A DNA stretch of 61,158 nt, counting the filler. It is 5 parts of 5 records of this genome, joined end to end, with 100 filler letters (N's around TTAATTAATTAA, not from the genome) between each part and the next. Parts side by side here need not be neighbours in the genome. Positions count along the whole stretch, not along the records: positions 27,639 to 48,644 come from SRR31156797_27694; 4 more parts are not named here. One strand, 5' to 3'. Position 1 is the first letter of the stretch, and every line of letters begins with the position of its first letter. Positions 28,999-39,311 of the stretch are shown here, piece after piece. The notes below the pieces were generated by a model. That model had not been told where the DNA came from. It ran no database searches and saw only the letters and a program-made list of their open reading frames with translations. The translations under genes were made by a program, and so were the position numbers.

Positions 28999-29922
28999 TC
29001 ACTCTCTCTTCATCAGTTCCATAAAGCAGTCTTCAATATTTGGTTTTGTTTCATTGATTTCGATATTGTGATGGTTTCTTTTTTCCAGAAAGTGCTGCAT
29101 TTCTTCCCGCTTCATGTTTGGTTCCGCTGGCGTTACATGCAGGTATTCTCCAAAGGGATAAACAGTTTTCGTTATCCCGGAATCATTCAGGTCGTTGATC
29201 AGCCGGTAGGTTTCTTCAGATTTAACTGCAAAAAGTTTATGTGGGAAACCGCTGATAATAGCTTCCGGCGTGTTGATGCTGAGCAGCTTACCGTCCTGGA
29301 TCAGTCCAACCCGATCACAGCGGCTTGCTTCATCCATATAGGGCGTGGAAACCATGATGGTGATGCCCTGTGCTCTGATTTTATCGAGCATATCCCAGAA
29401 CTCTTTTCGTGAAACAGCATCCACGCCTGTGGTGGGTTCGTCCAGAAAGAGGACTTCCGGCTTGTGGATCAGCGCGCAGCTCAGCGCCAGTTTTTGTTTC
29501 ATGCCCCCCGATAGTTTCCCGGCAGGCCGCTTTTTGAAGGGTTCTATCTGGTGGTAGATATCCCTGATCAGATCGTAGTTTTCTTTGATGGTGGTATTGA
29601 AAATAGTAGCGAAAAAAGTGAGGTTTTCCTCCACCGAAAGATCCTGGTACAATGAAAACTTTCCGGGCATGTATCCCACTAAGCGGCGGATTTTCCGGTA
29701 ATCACTCACCACATCCAACCCCATGACTTTTGCTTCGCCTTTATCCGCCAGCAATACGGTTACCAGAATCCTGAACAGCGTCGTTTTGCCGGCGCCATCC
29801 GGACCAATCAACCCGAAAATCTCCCCCGGATTCACTTCCAGCGAAATATTGTCCAGCGCCAGGGTTTTACCGTAGGATTTTGAGATGTTGTTTATGGATA
29901 TGGGTGATTTTGTTGTTGTCAT
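28999..29922 (-). CDS. ABC transporter ATP-binding protein
   Basis: GPDGAGKT, LSGGMKQ, LDEPT. Confidence 0.95.
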   Translation of the reverse strand: MTTTKSPISINNISKSYGKTLALDNISLEVNPGEIFGLIGPDGAGKTTLFRILVTVLLADKGEAKVMGLDVVSDYRKIRRLVGYMPGKFSLYQDLSVEENLTFFATIFNTTIKENYDLIRDIYHQIEPFKKRPAGKLSGGMKQKLALSCALIHKPEVLFLDEPTTGVDAVSRKEFWDMLDKIRAQGITIMVSTPYMDEASRCDRVGLIQDGKLLSINTPEAIISGFPHKLFAVKSEETYRLINDLNDSGITKTVYPFGEYLHVTPAEPNMKREEMQHFLEKRNHHNIEINETKPNIEDCFMELMKRE

Positions 29923-30142
29923 TGTTGTTGGGTTGTCGTTGTTATCATTGTTGTCGGGTTGTCATTGTTATTCCGTAAATTAAGGACGCTAAGGCCTCTG
30001 ATGACTCTGATGACGGTTTCTGCGCTATGCTCTATGCGCTATGCTCTATGCTGCTCTCTGCCTTCTCCAAGGAACTTATCCATCATTCGCTTCGGTCGCT
30101 TCGTTCTCTCAAGTCTCTTAGGTCGCTTAAGTCTCTTCTTTT
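29923..30142. repeat. Modular low-complexity intergenic spacer 3
   Basis: GTT/GTC tract, TTAAGGACGCTAAGGCC, (TGCGCTA/TGCTCTA)x4, 9-nt periodic units. Confidence 0.6.
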
Positions 30143-31024
30143 TCAAAACCTAACCTCACCCGGCATCCCGATCTTCAGGCTCCCATCATTTTTAACCAGT
30201 ACTTTTACAGCGTAAACCAGGTTTACCCGTTCCTCTTTGGTTTGTATGATTTTGGGCGTGAACTCTGCGCTTTCGCTGATCCAGATGATTTCACCTTTTA
30301 ATGATCTGTTTTCCGTTTTGGATTTATCGATTAATACTTCCACCTCATAGCCAATTTTAATTTTAGGCAGTTGGTCGCCACTTACATACACCTTTAGTTT
30401 GAGTGCATCAAGATTTGCCAGTTTATAAAGCGGTTTTCCCATCGAGGCCATTTCGTTTTGTTCCACATATTTTGTCAGCACTGTTCCTTTTTGCGGATTT
30501 GTGATGATTGCCTTACTGATAGATTCCTCCACCTGTGCGATGGTTTTATCGATGGTTTCCATTTCGCTGAAGATGGCCAGCTTTTGCGATTTCACGGCTT
30601 CTGCCTGTTTGCCGATCACATCCACCTGTCCGGAAAGGTCGTCCACCTGCTTTTGTGTAGCAGCACCTTCATCAAACATTTTGTTAATCCGCTTCACATC
30701 GCGCTGAAGGTTTTTACGCTGTTGCTCATAAACGGCAATTTGTGCATCAAAGGATGGGATTTTTGCTGCAATAGCCCGGCGCTGTGCGATGAGTTGTGCT
30801 TTCCGGAGGCTCAGATCAGTTGTGTCGATCCAGCCAATGACCTGACCTGATTTAAGGAAATCTCCCTCTTCAAGATCAAACTTCATGATCTCACCGGTTG
30901 CCATCGCCGAAATGGTTGTTTCTTCTGCTTCGAAATTTCCGTAGGCATCCGATGTGTCTTCGTTGTTGTTGCAGGATGCCAGCAATATGGCCAGGCCTAC
31001 GAATATGATTTTATTCAGCTTCAT
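30143..31024 (-). CDS. HlyD family efflux periplasmic adaptor (lipoprotein)
   Basis: LASC lipobox, coiled coil, AEFTPKIIQT..LVYAVKV..LKIGMP. Confidence 0.92.
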   Translation of the reverse strand: MKLNKIIFVGLAILLASCNNNEDTSDAYGNFEAEETTISAMATGEIMKFDLEEGDFLKSGQVIGWIDTTDLSLRKAQLIAQRRAIAAKIPSFDAQIAVYEQQRKNLQRDVKRINKMFDEGAATQKQVDDLSGQVDVIGKQAEAVKSQKLAIFSEMETIDKTIAQVEESISKAIITNPQKGTVLTKYVEQNEMASMGKPLYKLANLDALKLKVYVSGDQLPKIKIGYEVEVLIDKSKTENRSLKGEIIWISESAEFTPKIIQTKEERVNLVYAVKVLVKNDGSLKIGMPGEVRF

Positions 31025-31041
31025 GATAATTTGGTTATGAA

Positions 31042-32331
31042 TTATAACAATCCGATGGTTTTTAAATAGTTGATTTTTGCAAAAGAGAGCTGGATACGGT
31101 GCATCTCCAGGTCCATGCGTGCAGCAGTTTCCCTGTTCAGTTCGTCCAGGTATTGCGAGCTTGTGATGGTTCCATTGTCGAGTTGGGATGAAGCCGCGGC
31201 TGTAATTTTTTCCCTCAGGCTGATGATCTCCTCATCGGTTTGGATCAGTTCACTGTATTTGTTAATCTGAGCCACATCATCTTCCACCTGCACCTTTACA
31301 TTTTTGTCAAAGGCTTCCTTCTCTGCTTCGATGATGCCTTGCCGGACATCCAGGATTTTTTTCTGATTCTTTTGTTTGTTCCAGTTTACGATGTCCCAGC
31401 TCAAACCAACACCAACATAGTAGTACGAATCAAAGCCATCGTTGAGCATGTTGAGGCCGGGTTTGCCGTAGCCCACTTTGCCAAACCCTGAAAATATGGG
31501 CATATAGGTAGCCGAAACCAGGTTTTTGGAGAGTTCCAGTTTGGTTTGATTAAGGCTGAGTAATTCATATTCTGGTCGATGGTTTTTAAAAACGGTGGTT
31601 TCAATTTCCGGATCCGGTAAAATCAGTGGCGTGGTAACAGGAATTTCCAATTCGAGCAGCTCACCCAACATTTTGTAATGTGCTATCACGTCCGCATCAA
31701 TTTCCGTGATCCGCTGATCGATTTGCAACACCTGTGCCCGCAACACATCAGCTGTTGAACTTAATACCATACCATGCCGGATTCCGGATTCCATCTCCTT
31801 GATTTTATCCTCTACAACTTTTTTGTTATTGAGTAGCAGATCTCTGTTTTGGTGTAACAACAGGATTTTGAAAAACAGGCCGTTTACCCGTTCTTTCACT
31901 TTGTAAAGTTCCACATCAACCTGCTGCTGTGAAATTTGCAGGTTGGCCTCCTCCAGGATTTTTTGCTGTTTGTTGATGCCGCCATCCCAAATCAGTTGGT
32001 TCAGTCCCAGGTAAAAATCAAACATATCCTTGTCGATAACAGGAATCTCCTGGCCGGGGATGCTGATGGGAACCTGCGTTACATCCGACTGGTAGCTTGC
32101 CCTTCCTGAAAGTTCTAACTGAGGCAGGTAGTTTTTGTCGAGGTTTTCGATGTTCAAGCCGGCTGATTCCTCATGCAAGGCTTTTTGTTTGATGATCGGG
32201 TAAACTTCCACAACCCGCTGATGGCAGTATTCCAGGGTGAGTGGCTCAGTGGTTTGTGCATGGCTGACATTAAAAATCCCGGTAATTGTAACGATCAAAA
32301 AAGCCCGGAGAAAGATTGTGAATTTTTTCAT
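31042..32331 (-). CDS. TolC family outer membrane protein
   Basis: Signal peptide, YLPQLEL, OEP-like repeats, efflux operon context. Confidence 0.88.
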   Translation of the reverse strand: MKKFTIFLRAFLIVTITGIFNVSHAQTTEPLTLEYCHQRVVEVYPIIKQKALHEESAGLNIENLDKNYLPQLELSGRASYQSDVTQVPISIPGQEIPVIDKDMFDFYLGLNQLIWDGGINKQQKILEEANLQISQQQVDVELYKVKERVNGLFFKILLLHQNRDLLLNNKKVVEDKIKEMESGIRHGMVLSSTADVLRAQVLQIDQRITEIDADVIAHYKMLGELLELEIPVTTPLILPDPEIETTVFKNHRPEYELLSLNQTKLELSKNLVSATYMPIFSGFGKVGYGKPGLNMLNDGFDSYYYVGVGLSWDIVNWNKQKNQKKILDVRQGIIEAEKEAFDKNVKVQVEDDVAQINKYSELIQTDEEIISLREKITAAASSQLDNGTITSSQYLDELNRETAARMDLEMHRIQLSFAKINYLKTIGLL

Positions 32332-32933
32332 GCCTTTAATGCGTTATAGATGAAATGATAAACTTCGGTTTTTCGGTCTTCAAGGAATTGCTGATAAACT
32401 TGTTTGTTTCCCTGGAAGATAATTTTCTGGATAATGGGTTTTGCCACAAAAGGGAAAATGCAAAGCCCAATGATGTTGACCATTATTTGTTTCGGGTCCA
32501 TGGGTTTGATGTTCCCTTTATTTACCTCGTCCTCTATTTTTGAAATCAGTCCTGAGATGTTTATCACTCTTTGATTCAACAAGTTGGCAATATTGTCAGG
32601 GTTTTGGCTTAACTCATGAAGAATGAATCCGGGAATGTATGGGTTTTCCAGAATGGTGCCGATGTATCCGGAGATAAAATTGCGGACTGCATCAAAAAAA
32701 TCCAGCTCCGAGTTTATCATCAGCTGAAGGTGGGGTAGGAACTTTTCAAATGCTTCCTCAAAAACAGCATCGAAAAGCCTGTTTTTATTTCTGAAATAGT
32801 AATGGATCAGCGCTTTATTCATGCCTGCCTCATCAGCTATTTCCTGCATTCTTGCGCCATCTTTTCCCTTTTCGATGAATACTTTTCTGGCAGCATTCAG
32901 GATGATCTTTTCAGTATTTGTTTCTTTTTCCAA
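32328..32933 (-). CDS. TetR/AcrR family regulator
   Basis: ILNAARKVFIEKG..MQEIADEAGMNKALIHYYF. Confidence 0.93.
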   Translation of the reverse strand: MEKETNTEKIILNAARKVFIEKGKDGARMQEIADEAGMNKALIHYYFRNKNRLFDAVFEEAFEKFLPHLQLMINSELDFFDAVRNFISGYIGTILENPYIPGFILHELSQNPDNIANLLNQRVINISGLISKIEDEVNKGNIKPMDPKQIMVNIIGLCIFPFVAKPIIQKIIFQGNKQVYQQFLEDRKTEVYHFIYNALKA

Positions 32934-32935
32934 TA

Positions 32936-32992
32936 TTTAACCTTTTGGTTTTATCAAATGGTTTAACTAAAAAGATTAACTAAAAGGTTAAA
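32936..32992. promoter_or_regulatory. Putative TetR operator
   Basis: TTTAACCTTTTGGTT ... AACTAAAAGGTTAAA inverted pair with internal related units, just upstream of tetR. Confidence 0.6.
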
Positions 32993-33264
32993 GAATTATT
33001 GTCTGCATTGGATTTTTTTTGAATTGATGATGTTTTGTGTTTATTTACCCAACCTAGGGGGAGCATGCTCCCCGCCAGCTTCTCCACACACTTCCATATG
33101 AGACAAGCGAGACTGAAACGAAGGGTTTGCGTGGAATAAAAAATAAATTTAAATGTATGCTGAACAAATGCGATGATTATAAGATCCGGTCTATGATATT
33201 CCCGTAAATTCATAGTTTTGCTACCTCAACTGATATTCTAATTTTCTTATAAATAATACGGTGT

Positions 33265-34017
33265 ATGAAGATCATTTCATGGAATGTTAACGGCATCAGA
33301 GCAGCACTTAAAAAAGATTTCTTAAAATCGGTGAATGAAATGAACCCTGACATTTTATGTTTGCAGGAAACGAAAATCCATGAACCCCTTCCCATTCCGG
33401 GTATGAAAGATTACAAGGATTTTTGGAATGGTGCTGTGCGCAAAGGCTATTCCGGGACATTGATTTTTTCGAAAACCGAACCATTAAATGTAACCAATGG
33501 AATTGGCATTGAGGAGCATGATTGGGAGGGTAGGGTGATCACTGCTGAATATGAAAAGTTTTTCCTCGTAACCACGTATATCCCAAATTCCGGTCAGGGC
33601 CTGGTTCGGCTGGATTACCGGGAAAAGTGGGACCGGGATTTTCTGGCTTATCTCACCAACCTCGAAAAATCGAAACCTGTTATCCTTTGTGGCGATCTGA
33701 ATGTGGCTCACAAGGAGATCGATATTAAAAATCCCAAATCCAATTACAATAAAACAGCCGGCTATACCCAACGGGAAATTGATGGCATGGACCGGATGCA
33801 GGAACATTTAATTGATACTTTCCGGACGCTTTATCCGGAGGAGGTGAAATATTCGTGGTGGTCGTACCGGATGGGAGCCCGGTCCAAAAATATCGGCTGG
33901 CGGCTGGATTATGTGCTGATCTCAAAAGCCCTGCAGTCGAACCTGAAAGATGCTTTCATCCTCAATGATGTCATGGGCAGCGATCATTGCCCGGTGGGAA
34001 TTGAAATCGATGTTTAG
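33265..34017 (+). CDS. xth: Exodeoxyribonuclease III
   Basis: SWNVNGIRA, LQETK, GDLNVAH, GWRLDY, SDHCP. Confidence 0.95.
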   Translation: MKIISWNVNGIRAALKKDFLKSVNEMNPDILCLQETKIHEPLPIPGMKDYKDFWNGAVRKGYSGTLIFSKTEPLNVTNGIGIEEHDWEGRVITAEYEKFFLVTTYIPNSGQGLVRLDYREKWDRDFLAYLTNLEKSKPVILCGDLNVAHKEIDIKNPKSNYNKTAGYTQREIDGMDRMQEHLIDTFRTLYPEEVKYSWWSYRMGARSKNIGWRLDYVLISKALQSNLKDAFILNDVMGSDHCPVGIEIDV

Positions 34018-35969
34018 TCCATTTCAATCTCCTGACTTTCAATCGTGCGATCCAGAAATTGCACAGAAATTTCGTTTATCCCATTTTTATCTACACTGAG
34101 CATCAACGACTGGTTGGATTTAAATTCCAGCGTAGTATTCCGGGATTTTCCAAATGCATTGATTTTGATGGTTTCGGTTGAATCGATGGCTTGTTTATAA
34201 AGGCCATATTCCATTGGATACTCCAGTACGCGTGAAAGTAGGTGTGGGAAAAACAGGATCAGTTCATTGCCCAGATCACGGCACCAGAATTCAGTTCCGG
34301 AATTGCTTTCAACAATTGGAGGGATTGCTTTTTTATCCAGGTTAGTTGTTACATTTTCGAGGCTTTCAAGTTTGGCCAGTAAATCGGGGTATTGATCAGA
34401 TTTGATTTTGCCGGGTTGTTGTGGTTGCTTTTTCAGGATGACCGGGAGTCCCTGTTCAGCAAGATCGACAATGCTGCGCAGTGCATCCATATCCATAAAA
34501 TCGACATTCACGTAAAGTGCTGAAAATGCTGCATCTCCACAAATCAGTTTATCGTTTTCATAAGTTGATTTTTCCAGGAATTCTCCGTTGATCCACATTG
34601 GCTGATAGCCGTTGAGTTCGTCAGGAGGGTGAATGTAACGCAATTCGTAGGCTCCCCATGCCCAAGGCAATTGCAGTTTCTCAGGGTATTCACCGGCCAC
34701 CCAACTGTCCTCCACGGGCATATACATGGCGATATCGGTGTAATTTCTCCCAGATTTCATGGTTGATGATATTTTTTGCAAATAGGTGTTAAATGCAGGA
34801 AGGTGTTCAGCAAGTGCGCCATCTTTGCCAACATGCACCGAAGCATAAAATATATTGCTGTCGCCGGGCGCATTGTAGGGCATCCCGTGCCATACAACCT
34901 GGTTAACACCCTTGGCGAATAGCGCATCGGCCAACAATTTCAAGTCGCCTATCTGTTCCTCTTTCTGATAAGGCCCCGGCCCCGGCCAGCCCTTCCAGCC
35001 ATAGATGCAGGTGAAGGTTTCGGCGGAAACCTCTGTTTTGGAAGTGAGTGTTGCTGCTGAGGTTGCAATCCGACTGAATTCAGGCAGGTACAAAATGGCT
35101 TCCGATTCGGGGACATCGACTACAGCATAAGCACTGAGAAGGTCGGCAGGCGCACCGGCACACTGAACGCGTGAAAAAGCATTATGCTGATGTGCAATTT
35201 CTGTAAAGGGAGCATAAAATTCATCAATCACATATTCCGAAACCAGCTTCATATAATCATAATGCAACTGGGCATTTTCCTTCAGGTAAATATCGTCCAT
35301 ATATGGTTTGATATCGTACCCGAATTTCTCATGAAAAACTTTATCAAAACCTGCGGTCCACATCTGCCGGGTGTGCACTTCCCAGGAATCGCAGAACCAA
35401 CCTGATGGCGATCCATCCATGGCAGGCCCCAGTCCATCCAGCATTTTATCCGCATAACGTTCCAAAGCTTTTTCGTCCATGTGGTTCAATACACGACCTT
35501 TTACCGGGTGTTCCCATGAAAACCGTATCCATTGCTGGCAGGCCGTATCTCCATATTTTTTAGATGCATCGCGGTTTTCCACAAAGCTTCCACCAAAAGG
35601 CCATAGCGTTCCGAAAGTGAAATCACAACGCAGCCCCACGCTATCGGCATAAGCTTTGGTATAATCCACTACATCAGCAAATTGCTTCCCGAGATAGGCA
35701 TGGCGTGCTGCTGCTGTGTCGCCGTCAACAGGATAAATAAATGCGATCTCCACGCCCCCAAAGTTGTTTTCTTTAAGCCAGTTTAGCTGATATGCCACAT
35801 CTTCTTTTTTTATTTCCGAAGCAAACCACCACCAACGAGTGAGGGGTTTGGAGACCGGATAATAGAGGCCCATTTGTTTTTCCTCAGCGGTTTTGTTTGG
35901 TGCGCAGGCTACCATCAAACCCAGCATAAACAGGCTCAAGAAAAGTCCGGGAACTGATTTCCATTTCAT
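34014..35969 (-). CDS. Glycoside hydrolase lipoprotein (GH106 alpha-L-rhamnosidase-like)
   Basis: VAC lipobox; PLTRWWW, FGGVEI, WPFGG, FCDSWE, SAETFT. Confidence 0.75.
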   Translation of the reverse strand: MKWKSVPGLFLSLFMLGLMVACAPNKTAEEKQMGLYYPVSKPLTRWWWFASEIKKEDVAYQLNWLKENNFGGVEIAFIYPVDGDTAAARHAYLGKQFADVVDYTKAYADSVGLRCDFTFGTLWPFGGSFVENRDASKKYGDTACQQWIRFSWEHPVKGRVLNHMDEKALERYADKMLDGLGPAMDGSPSGWFCDSWEVHTRQMWTAGFDKVFHEKFGYDIKPYMDDIYLKENAQLHYDYMKLVSEYVIDEFYAPFTEIAHQHNAFSRVQCAGAPADLLSAYAVVDVPESEAILYLPEFSRIATSAATLTSKTEVSAETFTCIYGWKGWPGPGPYQKEEQIGDLKLLADALFAKGVNQVVWHGMPYNAPGDSNIFYASVHVGKDGALAEHLPAFNTYLQKISSTMKSGRNYTDIAMYMPVEDSWVAGEYPEKLQLPWAWGAYELRYIHPPDELNGYQPMWINGEFLEKSTYENDKLICGDAAFSALYVNVDFMDMDALRSIVDLAEQGLPVILKKQPQQPGKIKSDQYPDLLAKLESLENVTTNLDKKAIPPIVESNSGTEFWCRDLGNELILFFPHLLSRVLEYPMEYGLYKQAIDSTETIKINAFGKSRNTTLEFKSNQSLMLSVDKNGINEISVQFLDRTIESQEIEMD

Positions 35970-35993
35970 TGTATTCAGGCTTTCGACCAGGGC

Positions 35994-37952
35994 TTATTTT
36001 TTAATGAATTTCTTTACCGCCATACCTCGTTCATTTATTATGTGGACAAAATAAACCCCTGATGGGAAATCAGCAACCTGGATTGTTCCCTGGCTTTCCA
36101 CCCATGTTTCATGTATTAAAAGCTTACCGTCGAGACTATAAATCTTGACATCAGATTTCTTTACTGAAGATGAGAATTGGATATCAATCCATTCGGTTGC
36201 AGGAATCGGACTAATCATGATTAAATCTGTAAGTTCAGGTTCATGCATACCAACGATGAGTTCAGGATCGTATTCTGATATGTCGAGCAGCCAACCATCC
36301 GGGTCAAACTGAACATAAGTGATGTCGGAATCCAGTTCCAGTTCAAAAGTCTGAACTTTCAGGTCATTCCACACGGTTACAATTGTATCGCTACCATTTT
36401 GTAAAAACAATTTCATTTGCACAGGCATTTCGAAAAGTGGCCTTCTGCCTGCTTCCTCCTGGGTTTGCTTTAACGAAATGTATGAGATGTTTGAAGCAGG
36501 TTCGTTCAGGTAATTGTACTTGTAAACCGGGAAATATTCGTCGAAAATCCACTGGTCGAAATAGAAATCCAGATCCATACCTGAGGCATTTTCCATTTCG
36601 GTTTGGAGGTCTTCGCTGGTTGCCCTGCCATACATCAGGGTGGGATTGGTTGCATAATTTTTAATGCCGGCAAAAAATGCATCATCGCCAACAACTCCGC
36701 GCAGCATGTGCAAAGCGTAGGATCCTTTGCTATAAATCAGTGTCTGGAAAATGTTGAAGGTATCCTGCACATTTTCAACATACAGGGAGCCGCCATTGTA
36801 GTATTCTTCGCCCTGCATGTAGCTCAGGTAAGCCTGATGGCCTTGTTGTGATTCCGTATATAGTGCCTCAGAATAGGTAGCAAAACCCTCATTCAGCCAG
36901 CCATGGTGCCAGTCGGCGCAGGTGATCATGTCGCCAAACCACATGTGCGCCAGTTCGTGCACCGAAATCATAAACCACCCTGTGCTCATATTGTTGATGA
37001 TGGTATTTGTCTGGTTTTCGATGGCGCCGTAGTACCCGAGCTGTGTCATTCCGTAGGATTCATTGGCAAATGGATAAATGCCAAAAAGATCGGAGAAAAC
37101 ATCCATGGCAACAGGCATGTCTTCCACACCGGCGACTGCCTGATTGTAGCTTTCATTAAAAACATGGTAGGTCAGCGGGAACTCCTCACCATAATTTCCT
37201 GTGTAAGTTTCCTGGATGATCTCATAATTGGAAACTGCTGCCATCATATAATAGGTAACGATGGGATAGCGGTGGCGCCATTTGAAAATCTTTTTGTTTC
37301 CGATTGTTTCTGTATCCTCCAAAATTCCATTCGAAACGCCTTTTAAAGGCACCCCGTCAATAATGGTGTCCGGGATAATGATATCGATGTAAGCAGAATC
37401 AGGCTTGTCGTAGGGGCCGTCTTTACAGGGGAACCAGTAGTGTGCAAGGAACGGAGTAGAAAGTGTGGCAATCACCGGTTCGTTGCTTCCGTGGGTTTCG
37501 TATCGCATGCCTTTGTAGCCCCCGGCCAAAACGGGAACACCCTGGTAGTGGACTTTCAGTTCAATTTGTTCACCTTGTGAAAATGATTGATCCAAAAATA
37601 TTTTCAGCTCAGGGCTGCTGTGCTCATAAGATTCCACCGGCCCGGAAATGCTGTCCACATCCATCGAACCATGCAGGTCGAGTGAAACCTCGCTGAGGTT
37701 ATCAAACTCAGGTTCAAAGATTATGGTTGAGGTGGCCTGCAGGAAAGGTGAGCCAAGACTGATGTCGAGTTCCAGATGGTAAAATTTCACATCGATGTTG
37801 GTGTCCGGATTCATTTGTTCACTTTGGATAATGGCTTCTTTAAAGGTTTTGAGTTCGTTGTGGTAGTGCCGGTGAAGGTTTTCTGATTTTTGGGCAAAGA
37901 TTGCTGTAGGAATCAAAAGTACGAATAGCATGCATCTTAAATAGTTAGCCAT
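35994..37952 (-). CDS. M1 family aminopeptidase with T9SS C-terminal sorting domain
   Basis: GAIEN, HELAHMWFG..WLNEGFATY, YSKG; tail PSGVYFV..KKFIKK. Confidence 0.92.
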   Translation of the reverse strand: MANYLRCMLFVLLIPTAIFAQKSENLHRHYHNELKTFKEAIIQSEQMNPDTNIDVKFYHLELDISLGSPFLQATSTIIFEPEFDNLSEVSLDLHGSMDVDSISGPVESYEHSSPELKIFLDQSFSQGEQIELKVHYQGVPVLAGGYKGMRYETHGSNEPVIATLSTPFLAHYWFPCKDGPYDKPDSAYIDIIIPDTIIDGVPLKGVSNGILEDTETIGNKKIFKWRHRYPIVTYYMMAAVSNYEIIQETYTGNYGEEFPLTYHVFNESYNQAVAGVEDMPVAMDVFSDLFGIYPFANESYGMTQLGYYGAIENQTNTIINNMSTGWFMISVHELAHMWFGDMITCADWHHGWLNEGFATYSEALYTESQQGHQAYLSYMQGEEYYNGGSLYVENVQDTFNIFQTLIYSKGSYALHMLRGVVGDDAFFAGIKNYATNPTLMYGRATSEDLQTEMENASGMDLDFYFDQWIFDEYFPVYKYNYLNEPASNISYISLKQTQEEAGRRPLFEMPVQMKLFLQNGSDTIVTVWNDLKVQTFELELDSDITYVQFDPDGWLLDISEYDPELIVGMHEPELTDLIMISPIPATEWIDIQFSSSVKKSDVKIYSLDGKLLIHETWVESQGTIQVADFPSGVYFVHIINERGMAVKKFIKK

Positions 37953-38198
37953 GGTAAGTATATTTTGTTGTTGGGCTAAAATAGTGGAAAGAATTGATAC
38001 ACTTCTTTCGGGGGTGAAAAATATTTTATTGGATAGCTTTTTTTCGTATGAATCTATCAGATACCATTTTGATCCAAAACATTCATTAGTCATCAAATAC
38101 AGCGGCATTTTCAGGATTTTTAAATATCCGGTATGGCCATTATTCGCTAATTTCGCAAGACTGGATTTATTTATGCGCCAAATAATTTAAAATTAACC

Positions 38199-39311
38199 AT
38201 GGATTCATCGGACATTTTAGACCTAAAGCTTCAGGCTGTTTTCGAGCATTTGCCTTTCGGGATGATGATCCTGGATGAAAATGGAATTATTCAAACTGCA
38301 AATCAGGTATTTATAGAAAAATTTGCAACAGGATTAGATAATTTGTCAGGGAAGAACCTTATGGACTGGGTACAAACTACAAACGAGAAAATTTATAAGG
38401 AATTTTTGGCTGGGTGCAAGGCTGAAATAGCCCAAAGCCAGGATATTAAATTAACCGACAAGCACAACCATATTCAAACCATCAGTTTATCGTATATTAA
38501 GAAGGATAAAAGTAGAGATGTGTTTATCCTGGGAACAATAAACTGCAGTAAAAAAACCACAAGTCTGGAAGAAAGCCTGGAGGACAAAGCCGAACTCAAC
38601 GAGATGAAATCGAGGTTTCTTTCCATTACGTCACACGAATTCAGAACGCCCCTGGCAGGAATAATGTCGTCACTGAACTTGATGAAAAGATACCTGGATG
38701 CCAGTGGGCAGGGAGCATTGGATTTAAAAAACAAAGAAAAAATAAGCAGGCACATCAGTAAAATCAGCGGTTCGGTAAAAAATCTGACCAGCATTCTGAA
38801 TAATTTTCTGGCACTTGGAAATATTGAAAAAGGTGAAATTCCTGTAAAATTCACTTCCATGGATGTGAAGAAGACGATCATGGATCGGAAGTCTATGTTT
38901 GAGCAAATCTGCAAAACAGGCCAGGAAATTTTTTATACCCATTCTGGTAAGAAAGCAACTGCATTTTTAGATGCCTATTTGCTGCGCAACATCATCAATA
39001 ATCTCATATCGAATGCCATAAAATATTCACCTGAGTACAGTGAAATTCATATCCATTCTGAAATTACTAAACAATCTGTATTTAAATTAAAGGTTACAGA
39101 TCAGGGAATTGGCATTCCTGAAAACGATCAAAAAAACATTTTTACACGGTTTTACAGGGCGAAGAATGCATTATCATATGGAGATGGGACAGGATTGGGG
39201 CTGAATATCGTAAGAAGCTATGTTGAACTTATGAGAGGCACCATCTCTGTTGAAAGCAAAAATAATAACGGGACAACTGTAAATATCACAATTCCAAAAT
39301 TTGAGCAATGA
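38199..39311 (+). CDS. PAS-domain sensor histidine kinase (cytoplasmic)
   Basis: SHEFRTPL, NLISNAIKYS, DQGIGI, GTGLGL; N-terminal PAS, no TM. Confidence 0.93.
   Translation: MDSSDILDLKLQAVFEHLPFGMMILDENGIIQTANQVFIEKFATGLDNLSGKNLMDWVQTTNEKIYKEFLAGCKAEIAQSQDIKLTDKHNHIQTISLSYIKKDKSRDVFILGTINCSKKTTSLEESLEDKAELNEMKSRFLSITSHEFRTPLAGIMSSLNLMKRYLDASGQGALDLKNKEKISRHISKISGSVKNLTSILNNFLALGNIEKGEIPVKFTSMDVKKTIMDRKSMFEQICKTGQEIFYTHSGKKATAFLDAYLLRNIINNLISNAIKYSPEYSEIHIHSEITKQSVFKLKVTDQGIGIPENDQKNIFTRFYRAKNALSYGDGTGLGLNIVRSYVELMRGTISVESKNNNGTTVNITIPKFEQ

Noticed and set aside
27650-30142. CRISPR array or real Ser/Leu/Arg-rich ORFs in the ABC-operon spacers
   Set aside because: No constant repeat with unique spacers; the ORFs arise from 9-nt periodic low-complexity sequence
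33057-33074. Perfect palindrome GGGGGAGCATGCTCCCCC
   Set aside because: Single copy, no loop or T tract, no supportable function
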